Source of the DNA: Acidobacteriota bacterium
GTDB lineage: Bacteria > Acidobacteriota > UBA6911 > RPQK01 > JAJDTT01
DNA: 64,000 bases
Direction of reading: 5' to 3'
NCBI GenBank assembly: GCA_965217775.1
Contig: CBDCJH010000002.1
Coordinates: forward strand, 2,528,001 to 2,592,000
The notes under the pieces are model-generated. The model was not told where the DNA came from and did not search any database. It saw only the letters and a program-made list of their open reading frames with translations. A program made the position numbers and the translations under genes. Shown piece after piece: positions 55,501 through 61,784 of the stretch (position 1 is the first letter of the stretch; every line of letters begins with the position of its first letter).

Positions 55501-58500
55501 GCGGATCGTGCCTCCACCGCGCGACAGGCTGTCCGCATCGATACTCACGCCGTCCCGGTCGCTGTCGCCCCGGGCGACCCTGTACTCGAACTTCACGGCC
55601 GCCCCCGTGACACTCAGGTAGACGGCCGTTCGACTCCGGCCACCCAGGTTCAGCGTCAACCGCGGCGTGCCCGTCACCACCACCGTCTCGTTGAACGTCA
55701 CCGTCGCCTCGATGGGATCGTCCACGGCGTAAGTTGAATCCGATCCCGCACTCGAGGTGATGCGCACCGTCTCCACGGTCGGCCCCGTCGTGTCTCCCGT
55801 GACGTTGTTGACCGGCTGGGAGGGCAACGGGTCCGCATCGTTGCCGGCCGTGTCCTGAATCGGGCTCGCGCTCGCCCCCGTCGGCACCGTGTACCTCACC
55901 CGCAGGCCCGTCTCCCCGTGCTCCACCGCCGGATTCAGGGTCAGCTCCACCGCGCTTCCGCTCACCCGGACTCCCGTGACGGTCCGCGTTTCACTCGCTC
56001 CGGTCACGGTGAAGGCGTCGTTCCCCGGCGCCGAAGACGTATCCAGCGGCTCGCCGTAGGCCAGCGTCAGCATCGTCCCGTTCGCGACGGCACCGCCGGT
56101 GCTTGCCAGTACGGGCTTGATGCCGTCCACCTTCTGCCCGGTGTCGGCCGCCACGGCCGTATGGGTCAGGACGGCATGGTTCCTTGCGGTGTCCCGGATC
56201 GTCCCGGTGCCCCGCGACAGGCTGTCCGCCTCGAGGCTCACCCCGTCGGTGTCGCTGTCGTTGGTGGCCACCGTGTAGGCGAAGACCACCACCGCCCCCG
56301 TGACGCTCTCGTAGTTCGCCGATCGATCCCTCTCTCCCACCTTCAACGTCACCCGGGGCGTCCCGGTCACCAGGACCGTCTCGCTGAAGGTCACCGTCAC
56401 CTCGATCTCCTCGCCGGCCCCGTAGACGTCGCGGCTGTCCGGGGGATCCGACGTGAGCTCCACCGAGGTGACGGTCGGTGGGATCCGGTCCGGAGTCTCG
56501 TTCGTCACCGGCGCGCCGCTCAGCCGGTCCGCGTCGTTTCCGGCCCGGTCCTGAATCGGCGTCGCCCCCATCCCGGCCGGGACCGTGTAGCTCACCCGGA
56601 TCCCCGTCTCCCAATGCGCCACCGCGGAGGACAGAGTCAGATCCACCGCACTTCCCCTCAACGCAACATTGGAGACCGCGCGGGACGAAGACCCCCCCGA
56701 CACGGAGAAGGCGCCGGAAGGCGGCGTTGACGCCGAGTCCAGCGTCTCGGTATAGGTCAGCGTCAGCGTCGTTCCGTTCACCACCGCTCCGCGGGTCGCC
56801 GCCAACTCCGGCTGGATGCCGTCCACCTGGTGCCGCGATTGGGTTCCCAGCGCCCGGTGATCCAGATCGGCCTCGTTGTCCGAGCCGTCTTTGAGGGTTC
56901 CTCCGTTCAGCGACAGGCTGTCGGCCGCGATGCTCACTCCGTTGGCGTCGACGTCCCCGGGGACCACCCGGTAGCGGAACAGCACCTCCTCGTCGGCGAC
57001 GCTGTCGTAGTCCGCCGGTCGATCCCGGTTGCCCACCTTCAGCGTCAACTGCGGCGTCCCGGTCACGAAGACCTCCTCGCTGAAGGTCACCGTCACCTCG
57101 ATCTCGTCCCCGATCGCGTATGTTGAATCCGATCCCGCATCCGACGTGATCTCCAGCTTGCTGACCGTCGGGTCCGTCGTATCCGGGATCGGCACGAACA
57201 CCGAGACCCGCCGGCTTCGGCTCGCTTCGCCGCCATGGACCACGGCCGCCACTTGATAGACGTAGGTGGCGCCGGCGGGCGCGTCGGTATCGACGTAGGT
57301 GCGGCTTGAAGTGTTCTCGGAGAGGATCTCGACCGTGGCCCCTTCCCGCGTGACGGTGTAGGTGACGTTCGCCTCCGGGGTCCAGTGGGTCGCGTCCACC
57401 GCGGTCCATTCCAACTCCACCTGTCCCACGCCCCGCGTCGCCATCAGAGTCGGACCTTCCCGGATCTGATGGCCGAACTCCTTCCAGTCGCCGGTCCCCT
57501 TCAGCACCGGATATTCGTCGGTCATCCCGAAGTGCCAGGGGTCGTCCTCCATGCCGTCGCCGTCGAGGTCCACGTTCCAGTCCGCGTAGATGCCGCTGTA
57601 GCCGGTGGGCGCCTGCAGAGTTCCCGTGCTCCGGCCGACGCCTCCGTCGCCGGTGGATTGGCCCGACGTCGTCCTGTCCCAGTAGCTGACGCTGATCTCG
57701 CGGGAACCGAACCGTCCGACCAGTCCGCCGACCTGCTCCTCGCCCGACACCGGGCCGGTCGCGTAGCTGGCCGTGATCGCGCGGACGCCGCCGGTGAAGG
57801 ACTCCCCCACCAGCCCACCCACGCTCGTCGTGCCCGACACCCGGCCGGTCGCGTAGCTGGCCGTGATCGCGCCACCGTAGTAGTTCTCCCCGGCCAGTCC
57901 GCCGACATGGCTGTTGCCCGACACCCGGCCGGTCGCGTAGCCGGCCACGATGGCGCCGTCGTTTCTACCCGCCAACCCACCGACCCGCTCCTCACCGGAC
58001 ACCCGGCCCGCCGCGTAGCTGGCCGTGATCTTGCCGGTGTTGCTACCCACCAACCCACCGACCCAGGAGTTTCCCGTCACCTCGATCTCGATGACCCCGA
58101 CATTACGAATACTGCCGGACCGGTCGGTTTTGGCGAACAGCCCGACCCCGTTCTCCGTGGGCCGGTTGATGAACAGGTGGCGAATGGCATGCCCGTTGCC
58201 CTCGAACTCTGCTCCGTATGAGGTCCCCCCGCCGTTACTGACAGGGTCCCAGCCGGCGCCCCCGTTCCACCAGGTGGTGTCGTCCGCAGCGACCCGACCG
58301 TCCCCGTTGGCGTCATCGTTCGTATCGACCTGGCCATCCCCGTTGACGTCCAGGAAGTCCAGTTCCGCCAGCAGCTCGTAGCCAATGCACGCCCCCTGGC
58401 AGCGCAGCCGCTCCTGGTCGTCGGGGAACGCCAGGGGGAACGCCGCTCGATACACCGCTGCTCCGCGGATAGAGGGCTTGCCATTGCCGTCCAGGTCATG

Positions 58501-60831
58501 CCGGACCGCATCGAACTGCGCCAGCGTCGTGATCTCGATCAGCCCGTCATGGTCCGCGTCGTAGTGCGGCTGCGGTGTCTCGTTCGTCACCGACCGATCG
58601 GTGAAGGCCGCCGCCTTGGTGCCCGCCGCATCGCGAAGAGACCACGCTCCCGGACTGTAGCTCACCGTCACCGTTTGCCCGTGAAACACCCACCGAGACA
58701 ACCTCAGCACCAAGGTCTGCGACATCACCTCCACACCTTCCACGTGCACGGTGTTGCCGCCGCTCGTCACCGCGAACGAGGCCAAGACCCGGGTGTCGAA
58801 GCCCGAGGTCCGTTTCAGTGCCTCGTCGTAGGTCAACGCCAGCCGGGTGCCGTCGGCCACTGCCCCCTGCAGCACCGGCCGGACGCCGTCCACCCGGTGG
58901 CCCGCGTCGGCCTCCACCGCCGCGTGCGTCAGGTCGGCATTGTCGGCGCCGTCCCGGATCGTGCCCGACAGACTGTCGGCCGCGATGCCCACCCCGTCGG
59001 TGTCGCTGTCGCCCTCGACCACGGTGTAGGCGAAGGTGAGCACCTCGCCGCCGCCGCCCCGATGCGTCATCTGCCGCGTAGCGCCGCCCAGCGTCAACCC
59101 GAGTTGCGGGGTGCCCGTGACCGTGACGCTCTGGTCGAAGCGCACCGTGGCCTCGATCTCGTCGCCCAGGGCGTAGATCGCGCGCGAGCCCGGATCCGAG
59201 GTCAGGGCAACCGCGTTCACGCTCGGCGCGCCCGCCACCGTGGCTTCGTCGTCGTCGAGCGTCACCGTGGCGCTGTCCGGGCTGCCGACCGTCATCTCCG
59301 ACGGCAGCAGCGAGGTGTCGAACGCGAGCGTGACCGTCTCGCCGTCGTCGTCGGCGTCGTCGTCGACCGCAGTGACGGTGAAGGTCTGCGCGGTCTCGTC
59401 GGCGGCAAAGGCGACGCTTCCCGGCGCGGTGTAGTCGCCGGCCGTGGCGCCGCTCGCTCCCGTCGACAGCAGGGGAATGGAAACCGGGCGTCCGGGCGCC
59501 GCGCTCAAGCTGACCGTCACGGTCGCCGCGGCGCCGCTCTCGGCCGCGGTGTAGGTCGCTGCGCCGAAGGAGACCGTGACTGCGGGTGGCGTCCGGAAGT
59601 TCGCCACCGTGGCGCGCGTCCGGTTGAGCGTGCGAACCGCGTCGGCGGGGCCTTCCAAAGCGTTCGAGGGCTCGCGGCCGGCCGCGCCCAGGGGGTCCCC
59701 CCCCGGATCGGGATAGGCCTGGTCCGGGTTCGAGAAACGCATCAACCTCTGACAGTAGAAATCTCCACGGACGCACTGGTAATCGTAGGACATGATCGTG
59801 CGCCAGCGGGCGGACGCCGGGGCATCCTCGTCGAAGGCCCGCTGGTTCACATAGCCGTAGGCGTAGGCCGTCGCCCCTTCGGTGCATCTACCGTCCCCGA
59901 GGAACTGACACGCCAGATATCGGTCTTGGGCCAGGCCCATGAGGTGGCCCAACTGATGGGCAAATGTGCGGGAACCGCCGCGACGGCCTGAAACGGCAAA
60001 CGCATCGGCCGCGGAGGCATTGGCGGGCGTCAGGAACGTGTAGGCAGCGCCGGTCCGGTACCTGGCGATCAGCACGACGATGTCCGCTGCAACCTGGTCG
60101 CGGATGGTGTGGACTTCGTCCATGCGGCCGTCCGACGGATCCTGCAGACGGTCCACATCGAAACCCGGGTCCGGGTCCGGGTACTCCACCTCCTCGACGG
60201 CGGCGAGGGCGATGCGCTGGTTCACCCCGCTCGCCCGGTAGGCCCGGTTGGTCTCCGCGGCCATGAGGTCGATCTCGGCCATGATCGCGGCGGTCCCGCC
60301 GGCGCCGTTCCGGGCGGCCGGCGTGTAGAAGACCGCCACGTCGATCACGGACTGCTCCGTCGGCGGACAGGTCAGGCCGGCGAAGGAGATCCCGGCCAGC
60401 CAGGTCTGAAAGTCGGTGTCGGCCGGGGCGCACAGCTCGGTGTGGGACAGATCCACGGCCGCGAGCGCCGACAGCTCCCGCAGGCCGTCCGGGAGCGGAC
60501 CCGTCAACGCGTAGTTGCGGTCGAGCAACAGAGATTCGAGGTGGGTCAGGTTCTCCAGCTCAGTCGGGAGCGTCCCGTTCAACCCGTTTTCTTGGAGTTC
60601 CAGCCTGGTGACGCGGCCGTCGCCGTCGGTGGTCACGCCGTGCCACGTCGACAACGCCTGAGCAGTTCCCCAGTTCGTGGCGTCCGTCCAGTCCGCGCCG
60701 TTCGTGGCGTCGTACAGCGCCTGCAGCGCCGCCGTGTCGGTCGCGACACTTCCTTGCTGTGCACGAGCGCCGGCCGCCAGGCACAGCAGCACGACCGGCA
60801 ACAGGTTGTAACGATGAATACGACGGCGCAT
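49561..60831 (-). CDS. G4: giant secreted protein (3756 aa): signal peptide, LRR with N-cap, reprolysin/M12B-like pseudopeptidase, Calx-beta, Ig/SwmB unit, one GLUG module, 8 SwmB-like units, poly-Pro, Fn3, duplicated C-terminal domain
   Basis: Sec signal ending ARA|QQ. ALQALYDATNG..W...NW...WHGVT...GRVTRLEL..NGLNGTLP.EL.NL is a plant-type LRR with cap. IDVAVFYT...FAHQLGHLMGLAQD...TIMSY...FSNP is a metzincin domain. Confidence 0.95.
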   Translation of the reverse strand: MRRRIHRYNLLPVVLLCLAAGARAQQGSVATDTAALQALYDATNGADWTDATNWGTAQALSTWHGVTTDGDGRVTRLELQENGLNGTLPTELENLTHLESLLLDRNYALTGPLPDGLRELSALAAVDLSHTELCAPADTDFQTWLAGISFAGLTCPPTEQSVIDVAVFYTPAARNGAGGTAAIMAEIDLMAAETNRAYRASGVNQRIALAAVEEVEYPDPDPGFDVDRLQDPSDGRMDEVHTIRDQVAADIVVLIARYRTGAAYTFLTPANASAADAFAVSGRRGGSRTFAHQLGHLMGLAQDRYLACQFLGDGRCTEGATAYAYGYVNQRAFDEDAPASARWRTIMSYDYQCVRGDFYCQRLMRFSNPDQAYPDPGGDPLGAAGREPSNALEGPADAVRTLNRTRATVANFRTPPAVTVSFGAATYTAAESGAAATVTVSLSAAPGRPVSIPLLSTGASGATAGDYTAPGSVAFAADETAQTFTVTAVDDDADDDGETVTLAFDTSLLPSEMTVGSPDSATVTLDDDEATVAGAPSVNAVALTSDPGSRAIYALGDEIEATVRFDQSVTVTGTPQLGLTLGGATRQMTHRGGGGEVLTFAYTVVEGDSDTDGVGIAADSLSGTIRDGADNADLTHAAVEADAGHRVDGVRPVLQGAVADGTRLALTYDEALKRTSGFDTRVLASFAVTSGGNTVHVEGVEVMSQTLVLRLSRWVFHGQTVTVSYSPGAWSLRDAAGTKAAAFTDRSVTNETPQPHYDADHDGLIEITTLAQFDAVRHDLDGNGKPSIRGAAVYRAAFPLAFPDDQERLRCQGACIGYELLAELDFLDVNGDGQVDTNDDANGDGRVAADDTTWWNGGAGWDPVSNGGGTSYGAEFEGNGHAIRHLFINRPTENGVGLFAKTDRSGSIRNVGVIEIEVTGNSWVGGLVGSNTGKITASYAAGRVSGEERVGGLAGRNDGAIVAGYATGRVSGNSHVGGLAGENYYGGAITASYATGRVSGTTSVGGLVGESFTGGVRAITASYATGPVSGEEQVGGLVGRFGSREISVSYWDRTTSGQSTGDGGVGRSTGTLQAPTGYSGIYADWNVDLDGDGMEDDPWHFGMTDEYPVLKGTGDWKEFGHQIREGPTLMATRGVGQVELEWTAVDATHWTPEANVTYTVTREGATVEILSENTSSRTYVDTDAPAGATYVYQVAAVVHGGEASRSRRVSVFVPIPDTTDPTVSKLEITSDAGSDSTYAIGDEIEVTVTFSEEVFVTGTPQLTLKVGNRDRPADYDSVADEEVLFRYRVVPGDVDANGVSIAADSLSLNGGTLKDGSDNEADLDHRALGTQSRHQVDGIQPELAATRGAVVNGTTLTLTYTETLDSASTPPSGAFSVSGGSSSRAVSNVALRGSAVDLTLSSAVAHWETGIRVSYTVPAGMGATPIQDRAGNDADRLSGAPVTNETPDRIPPTVTSVELTSDPPDSRDVYGAGEEIEVTVTFSETVLVTGTPRVTLKVGERDRSANYESVTGAVVVFAYTVATNDSDTDGVSLEADSLSRGTGTIRDTARNHAVLTHTAVAADTGQKVDGIKPVLASTGGAVANGTMLTLAYGEPLDTSSAPGNDAFTVTGASETRTVTGVRVSGSAVELTLNPAVEHGETGLRVRYTVPTGASASPIQDTAGNDADPLPSQPVNNVTGDTTGPTVETVRITSSAGSDSTYAVDDPIEATVTFNETVVVTGTPRLTLNLGGRSRTAVYLSVTGAAVKFEYRVARGDSDRDGVSIDADSLSRGGGTIRDGARNNAQLDHAAVAADSRHQVDGVPPMLASTDGAVVNGTTLTLAYSEPLNSSSRPAASAFTVTGGSETRTVTRVQVSGNAVLLTLNPAVTDGESGLRLSYQPGGNPIEDTVGNAADELNNRPVTNHTGDTRGPTVETVRITSNAGSDSTYAAGETIEVTVTFSETVVVTGTPRLTLNLGGRNRTANYQDVTGAAVRFEYQVVSGDSAAYGVSLDANRLSGGTIRDGARNNAVLNHAPVAADSRHRVDGVKPALATTDGAVVNGTTLTLAYGEPLDSASVPATDDFTVTGGSETRAVTGVRVSGSAVFLTLSSAVAVGEVRLRVNYEPGSNPIRDTAGNDADRLSNQSVTNRTGDTAGPTVEMVRITSNAGSDRTYRVDNPIEVTVTFGETVVVTGTPRLTLNLGGRSRTADYLNVTGAAVKFEYRVARGDSDRDGVSIDADSLSRGGGTIRDGAGNDATLDHAAVAADSRHQVDGVPPMLASTDGAVVNGTTLTLAYSEPLRSSSRPATSAFTVTGGSEARTVTRVQVSGSAVLLRLNPAVTDAESGLRLSYQAGTNPIEDTVGNAADGLNNEPVTNHTGDTTGPAVETVRITSNAGSDSTYAAGETIEVTVTFNETVVVTGTPQLTLNLGGRNRTANYQDVTGAAVRFEYQVVSGDSAAYGVSIEANRLSGGTIRDGARNNAGLNHAPVVANSRHQVDGVKPTLATSDGAVAKGTTLTLAYGEPLDSSSVPATDDFTVTGGSETRTVTGVRVSGSAVFLTLSSAVAEGESRLRVNYEPGSNPVQDTAGNDADRLSNRSVTNRTADTMGPAVSTVRITSSAGSDRTYGVDETIEVTVTFDETVVITGTPEVTLDVGGRSRTAEYRSVSNQAVKFAYRVVTDDNDEDGVSLEANRLSRAGGTIRDGAGNDAVLDHMAVAASSSHKVDAVAPVLALTDPAVVNGATLTLTYNEPLNTSLRPLTSDFTVEGGNETRTVTRVQVTGSEVRLTVNPAAEHGETGIRVSYEPRSNPIQDAIGNDAEAFRDEFVDNRTPDTTAPSIEGIQISSDPGTDETYAVDDMISVTVRYDETVTVDTIRGTPTLDLLVGTRRKRAAASAGPDRPAVVFVYTVEKGDEDEDGVSVPRGSISLNGGKILDLADNTAARSYEAVEAQAGHKVDASVPELEGVTVHGSRVALTYDEALDEGSTPSRFDFAVTVAGDDRTVVQVRVSGNSVILTLTSEVTAGEPVMVSYTPGFNPIQDEAGNAVEGLIDHRVDPPLVTIQAKQGSETVTEGDTVVFTLTRGPPTEATLTVSLEVTETRSMIETSGGYEPPEEVEFRSGQETATLEVLTDDDDVAESTSRVTARLQPEDEYRLGPTSTRSARVTVQDNEVSAPPPPPPPPPPPPPPPPPPPPPPPPPPPPPPPPPPPPPPAATVPTAPLNLQAEGGDGEMTLFWEAPESDGRAAIMDYEVRIDRAGDWISIGSTDRTHTVTGLTNGRTYVFEVRAVNSVGPSPPSSPVEATPMAKEVILEFAHFGNGYSGNDVLITSDLVLVNVAESEIRPVIYFFDRAGDLFEAESVVDVGEDLEIREDGGLSPRKEIASLGELTISTHGRGVVVTGSVRVVSDGPIGGVVRFDIPGIGVAGVGASEPTADALFPARRQAGGIRTAAAIHNLGLEAVDVQCRLMKDGRVLEEGEIPLSANGQAAQFIEELFTATDTTDFVGSVRCTVPAGESFSGVAVELDAGNRIFTTLPVVPIGPEAIEDQETTLNLAHFANGTSGDGTLITSDLVLVNVAASTARPAIYFYDHGGELLEPESMVEVEDHLLVREDGGLTLRTAMARLGELTISTHGRGDVVTGSVRVVANGPIGGVLRFDIPGVGVAGVGASQPTSDALFPARRQAGGIRTAAAIRNLAAQRATVRCRLMSGGEPLEEADIRLNAHGQQARFIEEVFTRTDTRDFVGSVRCTALGEGLFTGVAVELDTGNRIFTTLPVVPIQR
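51265..51378 (-). repeat. Poly-proline tract, 38 Pro codons (G4)
   Basis: 114 nt of CCN codons. Confidence 0.95.
51740..57185 (-). repeat. Intragenic array of 8 Ig-like + SwmB-like units (G4)
   Basis: Repeat motifs in the translated ORF. Confidence 0.85.
59600..60360 (-). other. Reprolysin/M12B-like metzincin domain with altered zinc motif (within G4)
   Basis: HQLGHLMGLAQD (59958-59923) replaces HExGHxxGxxHD. The Met-turn TIMSY is present near 59785-59799. Confidence 0.85.
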
Positions 60832-61442
60832 TAGGGGGAACGGTGCATCAGGCGGGTTCCCTCGGCTTGCGACCCCAGCACCTCACATTCCAGAGGCGGC
60901 ATCTCGACTCGGCTGACGGCGTACAGTCCATCGCCCGCCGACCGAATCCAGTAGGTCCCACCGAGTGTCCGTACCGTGCCGGCGACCGTCTCGCCGTTGA
61001 CGACGAGCGTCACCGTACCCGGCTCTTCCCCAACGAGCCGGCCCGATAATGAATAACCGCCCGAGAACGTCGGCGCCGTCCGCTCGACGATCCCTGTGAA
61101 CACCACGTCCTCGAACAGGTTCAAGGTCAAGGTCTCATCCGCCGCAGGCACCCGGTCACGCACGCCCCGACGCGGCGACACGACTTCCGTCTGCACGCGG
61201 GGGCGGGAGAGCACGGAGGCGGCGGCCCGGGCGCGCTGGAGCCGTTGCAAGTCGATCGTCACCAGCCGGCGGCGCACCACCGTGGCGTCGTGCGACGCGG
61301 GGGCGGGCGAATCCAGCCGTGCCGCCGGGCGATCGATCGTGGAAAAGAGGTCTCGGCTCCGGGCCTCGACGGCTAAGGGGGCCAGCCACGCCAGCCCCAA
61401 GACGAAGACCACTGTGATGCTCCGCACGCTTGTCCACGACAC
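60831..61442 (-). CDS. G5: secreted 203-aa protein resembling a stand-alone prodomain of bacterial M12B/reprolysin metallopeptidases
   Basis: GTG start with GGAGG 9 nt upstream. Signal peptide ending VEA|. LTLNLFEDVVFTGIVER...GYSLSGRL...VTLVVNG..VAGTVRT...Y.IR...PPLEC resembles M12B propeptides. Its TAA overlaps the G4 ATG (TAATG). Confidence 0.8.
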   Translation of the reverse strand: MSWTSVRSITVVFVLGLAWLAPLAVEARSRDLFSTIDRPAARLDSPAPASHDATVVRRRLVTIDLQRLQRARAAASVLSRPRVQTEVVSPRRGVRDRVPAADETLTLNLFEDVVFTGIVERTAPTFSGGYSLSGRLVGEEPGTVTLVVNGETVAGTVRTLGGTYWIRSAGDGLYAVSRVEMPPLECEVLGSQAEGTRLMHRSP

Positions 61443-61493
61443 GGCACGTCCCTCCCTTGCGCGTCCCCGACGCCTCGGCGACGCCGTTCCGCA

Positions 61494-61614
61494 GAGAGCG
61501 AGAAAGGATGCTCGCTCCCATCCGTCTACCGTTAGGCTCGACTCCTGCCAGGCAGGGTGCTCCGAGCCGATGCGCGCTGTCTCTCCACATGATGAGTTCT
61601 GTGCGATAGACAGC
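61494..61614 (-). ncRNA. Candidate structured 5' leader RNA, copy 2
   Basis: Closing helix GUCUAUCG/CGGUAGAC (61611..61524), hairpin CACA-GAACUCAUCA-UGUG, CCUGCC/GGCAGG, and downstream hairpin GGGAGCGAG/CUCGCUCUC. Homologous to 15358-15471. Confidence 0.4.
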
Positions 61615-61620
61615 GTGTCT

Positions 61621-61706
61621 ATTGTAAGAAGGAACCCGGACGATATTGGTTCAAATACATGAAAATAGGGTGATATTTTCGTTGATAAAGTGATACTTCA
61701 GTGAAA
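61621..61706 (-). promoter_or_regulatory. Conserved promoter module 4
   Basis: -10 TACAAT at 61626-61621. Repeats ATGAAA 61659, GTGATA 61670, GTGATA 61690, GTGAAA 61701. Confidence 0.75.
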
Positions 61707-61784
61707 TGTTCCACCGGGACCACCCTCACCGGTGGCAATCGAGGGATTCAGGGAGGGGATCGTCTTCCGACTACTCTCGGCGGG

